64,000 nt of DNA from an uncultured Pelagibacteraceae bacterium (GTDB lineage: Bacteria > Pseudomonadota > Alphaproteobacteria > Pelagibacterales > Pelagibacteraceae), in NCBI GenBank assembly GCA_902589725.1, contig CACITU010000003.1, positions 20,655 to 84,654 on the forward strand, given 5' to 3'. Numbering within the stretch: position 1 is the stretch's first letter; each line of letters starts with the position of its first letter. Below the pieces are notes generated by a model. That model did no database searches and was not told where the DNA came from. It saw only the letters and a list, made by a program, of their open reading frames with translations. The position numbers were made by a program, and so were the translations under genes. Positions 48,449 through 56,659 of the stretch are shown one piece after another.

Positions 48449-50671
48449 ATGGAAATTAAAAAAGTTGTAGTCATTGGATCTGGTACAATGGGAAGTGGTA
48501 TAGCAGCACATTTATGTAATGCTGGTGTTCCAGTTACTCTTTTAGATTTGACTACTGAAATCAGCGAAAAAGCTAGAGAAAGAATTCAAAAATCTAGACC
48601 TCCTTTGCTAATAGATAAAAGTAAAATTAACAATATTAATGTTGGAAATATTGAAGAAAATTTTGATGTCGTAAAAGATGCAGATTGGGTTGTAGAGGCA
48701 GTAGTAGAAAGAATTGATATCAAACACAATATTTACGAAAAAATATTTAAGAATAGAAAAAAAGGTGCAATAGTCTCATCAAACACATCATCAATTCCAA
48801 TTAAAGTTTTATCAGAAAAACTAACTGATGAAGAAAAAAAAGATTTTTGTATAACTCACTTTTTTAATCCAGTTAGATATATGGGGTTATTAGAAATTGT
48901 TAAAAATGAAAATAACGACTTAAATAAAATTAATTATTTAAAGAAATTTTGTGAAGTAGAGCTTGGGAAGGGAGCTATAATTTGTAATGATACTCCAGGT
49001 TTTTTAGGTAATAGAATTGGTGTCTATGCTATGCAAGTTGCGATGACTGAAGCATTCAAAATGAAACTTTCAATAGAAGAAGCTGATGCAGTATTTGGTA
49101 GACCAATGGGAATTCCAAAAACAGGAGTCTTTGGATTATATGATCTTATAGGAATTGATTTGATGGCTGATGTATTAAAAAGCTTTATCAAAGAACTTTC
49201 TGATAAAGATGAATTTCAAATTGTTGCAAAAGAAATTCCATTAGTAAAAAAATTAATTGAGACTGGCTACACGGGACGAAAAGGAAAAGGTGGCTTTTAT
49301 AGAATGAATAAAAGTGGAGATCAAAAAATTTTAGAAGCAATTAATTTAGAAACAGGAGATTATTCAGCAACAAAAAAAATAGATTTAGGAATAGAGACTG
49401 TTGATATAAATAATTTAATTAATCGAAAAGATAAGTTTGGGGAGTACGCTTGGATTGTGATTTCAAAAATAATAAAATATGCCTCTTCACTTGTTCCAGG
49501 AATTACCGAAAAATTTAATGATATTGATGAAGCCATGAGACTTGGTTTTAACTGGGCAATGGGTCCTTTTGAAATGTTGAGATCTATAGGGGTTAAGAAT
49601 TTCTTTGAAAGAATTGATAAATTTGAAAATAATAAATTTTTAGAAAATTTGTCAAAAACAAAAGATGAAAATTTTTATGGTGAAAGACAACTTTATACAG
49701 ATATTCAAACTTTAGGAAAAGTAAGACCCTTAGCAAGTAAACTAGATAAAAATAATTCAGCTGAAATTCATCGATTTAAAAATTTTAATATTGTTGAATT
49801 TACAACAAAAGCTTGTGCATTAGATTATGATTCTATGGATGCACTGAAAAATGCAACTGACAAACCTTTAATTGTAATAAATGAAAGTATGCAATTTTCG
49901 GCAGGTGTAAATTTAAGTTATACAATGAATTTTGCTGACAAAAGTGATTTTAAATCAATAGAAAAATTTATAAAATATTTTCAAGATACTTGTAAAACTT
50001 TAAAATACTCAAAATATCCAGTTGTATCAGCTCCATCTGGACTTACTCTTGGAGGAGGATTTGAAGTTTTGGTTCAAAGTAATTTTGTTGCCTCACATAC
50101 AAATTTAGTTATTGGATTAGTTGAAACTATTGTTGGTTTAGTTCCAGCAGGAGGAGGATGTAAAGAAATGTTATGGAGATGGTCACAAACTGATGAGGCA
50201 AAATCAGATCCAGATTATGCGCCACTAAAAGTTTTTGATATTATTGGTTATGCTAAAACAGCTACATCACCAATTGAGGCTGAGCCATTAAAATATTTAA
50301 GACCAGAGGATAAAAAAATAATGAATAGAAATAGCCTTTTTGAGGAAGCAAAAAAGTTAATTGATCAAAATACTGATTTTGTTCCTCCAGAAGAGTGCAA
50401 GTTCAAACTTTCTGGACAACCATTGAAAGATAAAATGATCAAGGTTTTAGAGAAATTATATAATGAAAAGGTGATCTTTGATCATGGTATGTATGTTGGA
50501 ACTGAGCTTGCAAATGTTTTGAGCGGTGGAGACACATCTATTGAAAAAGTATTGTCAGAGGATGATTTATTCAAATTAGAACTAGATTCTTTTATGAGAT
50601 TAATAGAAACAAAACAAACTCAAGACAGAATTAAGTATACATTGCTAACTGGTAAACCTTTGATTAATTAG
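48449..50671 (+). CDS. 3-hydroxyacyl-CoA dehydrogenase/enoyl-CoA hydratase (FadN-like)
   Basis: GSGTMG, EAVVE, SSNTSSIP, HFFNPVRYM, C-terminal crotonase domain (FSAGVNL, LGGGFE, GLVE). Confidence 0.92.
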   Translation: MEIKKVVVIGSGTMGSGIAAHLCNAGVPVTLLDLTTEISEKARERIQKSRPPLLIDKSKINNINVGNIEENFDVVKDADWVVEAVVERIDIKHNIYEKIFKNRKKGAIVSSNTSSIPIKVLSEKLTDEEKKDFCITHFFNPVRYMGLLEIVKNENNDLNKINYLKKFCEVELGKGAIICNDTPGFLGNRIGVYAMQVAMTEAFKMKLSIEEADAVFGRPMGIPKTGVFGLYDLIGIDLMADVLKSFIKELSDKDEFQIVAKEIPLVKKLIETGYTGRKGKGGFYRMNKSGDQKILEAINLETGDYSATKKIDLGIETVDINNLINRKDKFGEYAWIVISKIIKYASSLVPGITEKFNDIDEAMRLGFNWAMGPFEMLRSIGVKNFFERIDKFENNKFLENLSKTKDENFYGERQLYTDIQTLGKVRPLASKLDKNNSAEIHRFKNFNIVEFTTKACALDYDSMDALKNATDKPLIVINESMQFSAGVNLSYTMNFADKSDFKSIEKFIKYFQDTCKTLKYSKYPVVSAPSGLTLGGGFEVLVQSNFVASHTNLVIGLVETIVGLVPAGGGCKEMLWRWSQTDEAKSDPDYAPLKVFDIIGYAKTATSPIEAEPLKYLRPEDKKIMNRNSLFEEAKKLIDQNTDFVPPEECKFKLSGQPLKDKMIKVLEKLYNEKVIFDHGMYVGTELANVLSGGDTSIEKVLSEDDLFKLELDSFMRLIETKQTQDRIKYTLLTGKPLIN

Positions 50672-51314
50672 AACTCAATAATTTAAATGTTTTAATATAA
50701 TCAGGTCTTAAAACATAAATTGCCTTGTTCCCTGTTTTAATTTTAGTTAAAATATCCAATCCATAAACCACCCTACCTACTGGAGTATACTCGCCTTGAT
50801 AAATTGGAATTTCTTTCAATGTAATAAAGAATTCACTATCCTCTGTATCAAATTCAGTTGTTCTAGCAAAACCTACACTTCCTTCTGTAAATTTAAAATC
50901 TTTATTTAGTTCAGATTTTAATAAACCTAATCCAGACTTACCACTACCAATTTTGGAATAATCTAAATTATTTATATTTCCATATTCAATATCTCCAGCT
51001 TGTACAAAAGTATTTTCTGAAACTTTATAAAAAGTAGAACCATCATACATTTTTTTCTCAATTAAAAATTTAAATCTTTCTACAGTTTTAGGAGAAATAT
51101 CTGGATAAAGTTCAATTATTACATTTCCACACTCAACATTCATTACTACAATATTATTTGGTTCATTAAAATTAAGATTAGTTAAATTATTTTTTTCAAC
51201 AAATAGACATTTATTTTTTAATAAAAAAAAAGATGTAAAAGCAAAAATTGTAAGACAAATCAAAAATAAAAACAAAATTTTTTCTGATTTTGACGCTTTA
51301 ATAGTTTTGATCAT
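50664..51314 (-). CDS. Membrane-anchored cyclophilin-type peptidyl-prolyl isomerase (divergent)
   Basis: IELYPDISPKTV, YDGSTF, QAGD, SEFFIT, GRVVYG; N-terminal TM helix. Confidence 0.82.
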   Translation of the reverse strand: MIKTIKASKSEKILFLFLICLTIFAFTSFFLLKNKCLFVEKNNLTNLNFNEPNNIVVMNVECGNVIIELYPDISPKTVERFKFLIEKKMYDGSTFYKVSENTFVQAGDIEYGNINNLDYSKIGSGKSGLGLLKSELNKDFKFTEGSVGFARTTEFDTEDSEFFITLKEIPIYQGEYTPVGRVVYGLDILTKIKTGNKAIYVLRPDYIKTFKLLSSN

Positions 51315-52039
51315 AAAATATTTTTATCTATTTTAGCTAAGTTTAATTTTATAAAATTAACTTTATTACCTAGAATTTTGTCGTTATCAATTTTATCTTC
51401 AATTGTTTTTTTATCAGTCATTAAAAATGAAAAAATTTCTGCCATGTCTTCAGATGGGATAGATTTAGAATATTCTGTCAAAAAGCCATTGGTTTTTTTA
51501 TATAGATCTAAATTCAATCTATTAGAACAAGTTGAACATTCAGCATAATTAAATGATGTTGGATTAAAAGAAGAAAATTTATCCTCATCAAAATATTTAT
51601 TATGAGTATTTTGAATCATATGAAAAATTTCATGGTGTATCATTCTCTCAAAATATTTTTTATTAAAATTTATATCTAGAATTAAAGTTCTGTTTTTGTT
51701 ATCAGGTATCCCTCCGGTATTAATTTCAGAAATGAATAAATTTTCACAAAGTACTACATATTTTAATTTTATCTTATTAAGAAAATTAGAATTATATCGT
51801 TTAAGATTTTTTTCAATTAAAGGAAATTTTGTATTTAAATTATTTATATTAACTTCTTCGCAAGCAATGTTTTTATTTGCACCAATTTTAAAATCACCTT
51901 TAGCACTTAAATAACGAATACCATTATTATTTTTTAATTTATAAATTTCTAAGTTTGGAATTTTTATCAAATTATAAATTTCATCAGCGTTTACAAAGGA
52001 AATTTGAAATATAAAAACAAATAAAATTAAAATTTTCAT
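51311..52039 (-). CDS. Secreted putative zinc metallopeptidase (HExxH)
   Basis: Signal peptide, HHEIFH, downstream FLTEYS...EDMAEIF. Confidence 0.72.
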   Translation of the reverse strand: MKILILFVFIFQISFVNADEIYNLIKIPNLEIYKLKNNNGIRYLSAKGDFKIGANKNIACEEVNINNLNTKFPLIEKNLKRYNSNFLNKIKLKYVVLCENLFISEINTGGIPDNKNRTLILDINFNKKYFERMIHHEIFHMIQNTHNKYFDEDKFSSFNPTSFNYAECSTCSNRLNLDLYKKTNGFLTEYSKSIPSEDMAEIFSFLMTDKKTIEDKIDNDKILGNKVNFIKLNLAKIDKNIL

Positions 52040-52092
52040 TAAATAATTATAGACGAATTAGATGAGATAATATTATCTTAGATTTTTAAAAA

Positions 52093-53052
52093 ATGAAAAA
52101 AGAAAGGAATAAAAACCCAATTCAACCAGTTAGTGGAACTAAAGTTCCAAGATTTGCTGGTCCAAGTACTTTTGCGAGACTTCCTGAGCTAAGAGATGTA
52201 GAAAGCTGCGATGTTGCAATTGTTGGTATTCCTTTTGATGCTGGAACAAGTTATAGACCAGGGGCGAGATTTGGTCCTCAAAGTATTAGGCAAGCCTCAA
52301 GGCATTTAAGAACAAATTATCACCCAAGTTATGATGTAGAACCTTTTAAAATTCAACAAGTTGCTGATGCTGGCGACATTGCTTGTAACCCATTTAGTAT
52401 TGATGAAGCAATAAAACAAATTGAAGTAGGTGCAACTAATTTATTAAATAAAGTTGGAGGTATAATTAGTCTGGGAGGAGACCATACTATTGCTGTACCT
52501 CTTTTAAGAGCCATTAATAAAAAAAATAATGGACCTGTATCTTTGGTGCACTTTGATGCTCACCTAGATACTTGGGACACATATTTTGGAGCGCCATATA
52601 CTCATGGCACTCCATTTAGAAGAGCTAGAGAAGAAGGTTTGTTCTTAGATGATGCGTCAATGCACGTTGGAATTAGAGGTCCACTTTATAGTAGGAATGA
52701 TATTAAAAACGATGAAAGTTTTGGTTTTAAAATAATTCACTGTGATGAATTTCAAACAGAAGGTACCGATAAAATTGCTGAGAGAATAAAAAATAGAGTA
52801 GGAGATAATCCTTTGTATTTGTCAATTGATATTGATGTTTTAGATCCTGCATTTGCTCCAGGAACTGGTACGCCAGAAATTGCTGGAATGACAACAAGAG
52901 AAATGGTTAATGTTCTTAGAGGTTTGTCAGGATTAAATTTAGTTTCTGCTGACGTAGTCGAAGTTTCACCAGCATATGATCATGCTGAGGTAACTTCCTT
53001 AGCAGCAGCCACTATTGTTTATGAATTAACTAATTTATTTGCAAAATCATAG
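52093..53052 (+). CDS. speB: Agmatinase / guanidino-acid hydrolase (ureohydrolase family)
   Basis: RPGARFGP, GGDH, DAHLD, HGTPF, SIDIDVLDP, GTGTPE, VEVSP. Confidence 0.88.
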   Translation: MKKERNKNPIQPVSGTKVPRFAGPSTFARLPELRDVESCDVAIVGIPFDAGTSYRPGARFGPQSIRQASRHLRTNYHPSYDVEPFKIQQVADAGDIACNPFSIDEAIKQIEVGATNLLNKVGGIISLGGDHTIAVPLLRAINKKNNGPVSLVHFDAHLDTWDTYFGAPYTHGTPFRRAREEGLFLDDASMHVGIRGPLYSRNDIKNDESFGFKIIHCDEFQTEGTDKIAERIKNRVGDNPLYLSIDIDVLDPAFAPGTGTPEIAGMTTREMVNVLRGLSGLNLVSADVVEVSPAYDHAEVTSLAAATIVYELTNLFAKS

Positions 53053-53072
53053 ATAAAAGATAACGTCTGAGC

Positions 53073-54506
53073 ATGTTAAATAAAAAAAATTTTTATATAA
53101 ATGGTGAATGGATAAAACCAAACAGTTCAGAAGAAATTACAGTAGTAGATCCAGCTACAGAAGAAAATTGCGCTGTAATTACTTTAGGTGATAAAATTGA
53201 TGTTGATAAGGCTGTAAAAGCAGCAAAAAATGCTTATGAATCATGGGCCTTCTCGTCTAAGGAAGATAGAATTGGATTATTAGAAAAACTTTACGAAAAT
53301 TACAAAAAAAGATGGGCGGATATTGCAAAAGCCATAACTCTTGAAATGGGCGCTCCAAAAGATTTTGCATCTAAATTGCAAGCAGGTACAGGAGCAAGTC
53401 ATATTAAATCATTCATAAGATATTTAAAAAATTTTGAATTTGAAAAGCCATTGGGTGAACATGCTCCAAATCAAAGACTAATTTATGAACCAAAAGGTGT
53501 TTGTGCATTAATTACACCTTGGAATTGGCCAATGAATCAAGTTTGTTTGAAAGTAATGCCTGCCATGGCAGCAGGATGTACAATGGTATTAAAACCATCT
53601 GAACTTGCACCCTTGTCGTCTATGATACTTGCTGAAATTGTGGATGAAGTAAAGTTTCCAAAAGGTGTATTTAATTTAGTCAATGGTGATGGAGCAACTA
53701 CTGGTGATGCTTTAACAAGTCATCCAGATATAAATATGATTTCTTTTACTGGATCGACTAGGGCTGGAGCTCTAATTTCACAAAACGCTGCAAAGGATTT
53801 TAAAAGGGTAAGTTTAGAGCTTGGAGGTAAAGGGGCTAATATAATTTTTAAAGATGCTGATCCTGAAGCTATAGAAAGAGGTGCTTTTAGATGTTTTAGA
53901 AATTCAGGACAATCTTGTAATGCACCCACAAGAATGCTCGTTGAAAAATCTATGTACAACAAGGCTATTGAGAGATTAAAAAAATATACAGAAAATTTTG
54001 AGGTAGGTGATCCAAAAAAAGAAGGAGAGCATATTGGTCCTGTCATTTCAGAAAATCAATTTAAAAAAATACAAGCTTTAATTCAAAAAGGTATTGATGA
54101 GGGTGCAAAATTAGTCGCTGGAGGGACAGGAAAACCGGATGGCTTAGATAAGGGTTATTTTGTTAAACCAACAGTATTTGCTGACGTTAATAACAATATG
54201 GAAGTAGCCAGAACAGAAATCTTTGGTCCAGTTTTGTCTGTTATACCATTTGAAACAGAGGAGGAAGCAATTAAAATTGCAAATGATACCACTTATGGAT
54301 TAACAAATTATATTCAATCACAAGATCATGATAAAGTAAAACGAGTTGCTAGAAAATTAAGATCTGGAATGGTTGATGTAAATGGAGCTGGTATTGCAGT
54401 TGATGCACCATTCGGAGGTTTTAAACATTCTGGAATAGGTCGAGAAGCAGGGGAGTTTGGTTTAGAAGAATTCTTAGAAGTTAAAGCTGTAGGAGGCTGG
54501 AGTTAA
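53073..54506 (+). CDS. Aldehyde dehydrogenase (paralog of 38611-40041)
   Basis: ITPWNWP, KPSE, FTGSTRAG, LELGGKG, GQSCNAPTR, EIFGPV. Confidence 0.93.
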   Translation: MLNKKNFYINGEWIKPNSSEEITVVDPATEENCAVITLGDKIDVDKAVKAAKNAYESWAFSSKEDRIGLLEKLYENYKKRWADIAKAITLEMGAPKDFASKLQAGTGASHIKSFIRYLKNFEFEKPLGEHAPNQRLIYEPKGVCALITPWNWPMNQVCLKVMPAMAAGCTMVLKPSELAPLSSMILAEIVDEVKFPKGVFNLVNGDGATTGDALTSHPDINMISFTGSTRAGALISQNAAKDFKRVSLELGGKGANIIFKDADPEAIERGAFRCFRNSGQSCNAPTRMLVEKSMYNKAIERLKKYTENFEVGDPKKEGEHIGPVISENQFKKIQALIQKGIDEGAKLVAGGTGKPDGLDKGYFVKPTVFADVNNNMEVARTEIFGPVLSVIPFETEEEAIKIANDTTYGLTNYIQSQDHDKVKRVARKLRSGMVDVNGAGIAVDAPFGGFKHSGIGREAGEFGLEEFLEVKAVGGWS

Positions 54507-55702
54507 TTGACAGTAGACTTATCTTTTATACCATCAAGAAGTTTCAAACATTTTTTTAGTTCATCTAAAATAATAAATTCATCAATTTTATGAGCTTGTT
54601 CAATTGAGCCAGGACCACAGACAACTGTACTAATTCCTATTTCTTGAAACAAACCTGCTTCCGTTCCAAATGAAACTACTTGGCGTGAATTGTCTCCAGT
54701 TAAACTAGATATTAATTCACATGCATCTGATTTTTCATCTCTATCAAAGCCAACTATCTCTCCAATTATTTCTTTTTCAATTGAGGAATTAGGAAAAACT
54801 TTTTTCATTTCTGGTAATAAAACTTCATTTGCATATTTATCTAGTTCTTTGTTTAAAAAAACTGCATCATCTTTTACTACTGGTCTTGTCTCCCAATTAA
54901 CATGACATTTATCTGCAATTACATTATGAGCAATTCCACCAAATATACCTCCAATTGATAAAGTAGAATGAGGGGGATCAAATATAGAGTCTTTAGGAGA
55001 TCTTTCTTTAAGTTTTTCTCTCATCTCAATTAATTTATTTACATATCTTGAAGCATATTCAACCGCACTTACACCTTTATGGGGTGCTGAACTATGTCCA
55101 GCTAAACCTTTAAAATAAGTGGTGTATTCATAACATCCTTTGTGAGCATCGATAATTTTCATATTAGTTGGTTCACCAACAATACAAATTCCATCTTTGA
55201 TATCTCTTTTTTTTAATTCTTCAATTAAAATAGGTGCTCCTTGACACGCAGTCTCTTCATCAAAAGTAAATGAGAAATGTATATCTCTATCTAGGTTTGA
55301 CTGTGAAAAAATTGGAGCAAAAGCTAAAGTGCACGCAATGAAACCTTTCATATCACATGAACCTCTTCCAAAAAGTTTATTGTCTTTTATTGTTGCTTGG
55401 AAGGGATCAGTTGCCCAGCCTTTTGATACAGGAACAACATCAGTATGTCCTGATAAGATTATTGGTTTTTTATTACTGGTATTTTTTGCCTTAATTGTAG
55501 CAAATAGATTTACTCTTTTTTTATCTTCATCAAATGTTCTAAAAGAGCTAGCGCCAAGATCTTTTAAAATGTTATCGCAATAATCAATTAGAGAATTATT
55601 ATCTTCTCCTGAAATTGTTTTGAAACCAATTAGATCAGTTAATATTTTTATTGAATTTTTGAATAAAAGCTCTGAATTATTTTCTGTACTCATAATTTTC
55701 AT
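54503..55702 (-). CDS. argE: Acetylornithine deacetylase (M20)
   Basis: SGHTDVVP, GRGSCDMKGF, DEE, GEPT, GHSS, TEAG, GPGSIEQAH. Confidence 0.88.
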   Translation of the reverse strand: MKIMSTENNSELLFKNSIKILTDLIGFKTISGEDNNSLIDYCDNILKDLGASSFRTFDEDKKRVNLFATIKAKNTSNKKPIILSGHTDVVPVSKGWATDPFQATIKDNKLFGRGSCDMKGFIACTLAFAPIFSQSNLDRDIHFSFTFDEETACQGAPILIEELKKRDIKDGICIVGEPTNMKIIDAHKGCYEYTTYFKGLAGHSSAPHKGVSAVEYASRYVNKLIEMREKLKERSPKDSIFDPPHSTLSIGGIFGGIAHNVIADKCHVNWETRPVVKDDAVFLNKELDKYANEVLLPEMKKVFPNSSIEKEIIGEIVGFDRDEKSDACELISSLTGDNSRQVVSFGTEAGLFQEIGISTVVCGPGSIEQAHKIDEFIILDELKKCLKLLDGIKDKSTVN

Positions 55703-55720
55703 CCATTATATATTAATTAT

Positions 55721-56062
55721 ATGAAAGAACAAATTAACTACGATATTTTTGATAAAGTTGACATTAGAGTTGGCACAGTAACTTCTGTAAAAAAAAATGA
55801 AAAGGCCAGAAAACCTTCTTTAGTTTTAGAAGTAGATTTTGGAAAAGAAATTGGAATTAGACAATCTTCTGCCCAAATTACTCATTATTATAATGAAGAG
55901 AATCTTAAAGGAAAACAAGTAATAGGTGTTTGTAATTTTCCAGAAAAAAATATAGCTGGTGTAGTTTCTCAAGTACTTATTCTTGGCTCAATTGATAAGG
56001 AGGGCAAAGTAATTTTGGTCCATCCATCTCAAAAATCTGAGAATGGTTTACCTATTGCATAA
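55721..56062 (+). CDS. csaA: CsaA / tRNA-binding OB-fold protein
   Basis: DIRVG, VDFG, SSAQITHYY, NFP. Confidence 0.85.
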   Translation: MKEQINYDIFDKVDIRVGTVTSVKKNEKARKPSLVLEVDFGKEIGIRQSSAQITHYYNEENLKGKQVIGVCNFPEKNIAGVVSQVLILGSIDKEGKVILVHPSQKSENGLPIA

Positions 56063-56064
56063 AA

Positions 56065-56658
56065 ATGCATCCAGAAATTTTATCGATAACTTTGTTTGGA
56101 ATCGTAGCCGCTTATTCACCTGGGCCAAATAATTTTGTTGCTTTTTATTCTGGATTTAATTTTGGAATTACTAGAACACTCCCACATATTATTGGAGTAA
56201 CTTTTGGTTTTCCCTTTTTACTATTATGTGTAGCATTAGGTTTGATAAATGTTTTTAAACTTTATCCAATAATTCAAGAAATATTAAAATACCTTGGAAC
56301 ACTGTTTTTAATTTATTTAGCATACAAAATTTCTTTCTCTACTTCTAAAAATCAAGAAAACAAAAATAAAAATCCTGTAAAATTTATAGAAACATTTGTT
56401 TTTCAATTTTTAAATCCAAAAGCTGTAATTGCTTCAATTATAATTGTATCAACGTATATTAAAGTAGGAGAAAATTTTGTAAGTCATACAACTCAAATTG
56501 TTATATTGGCTCTGTTAGTCTCAGTAACTAGTATTACATTATGGACATTTTTAGGTAAATTTTTCAGGAAATTTGCGACAAATCAGAAATTTATAAATTA
56601 TTTTAATTATGTTATGTCACTGCTTCTTTTATTAAGCATATTAACTTTTTATTTATAA
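56065..56658 (+). CDS. LysE family translocator
   Basis: SPGPNN, FQFLNPKA. Confidence 0.88.
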   Translation: MHPEILSITLFGIVAAYSPGPNNFVAFYSGFNFGITRTLPHIIGVTFGFPFLLLCVALGLINVFKLYPIIQEILKYLGTLFLIYLAYKISFSTSKNQENKNKNPVKFIETFVFQFLNPKAVIASIIIVSTYIKVGENFVSHTTQIVILALLVSVTSITLWTFLGKFFRKFATNQKFINYFNYVMSLLLLLSILTFYL

Positions 56659-56659
56659 C

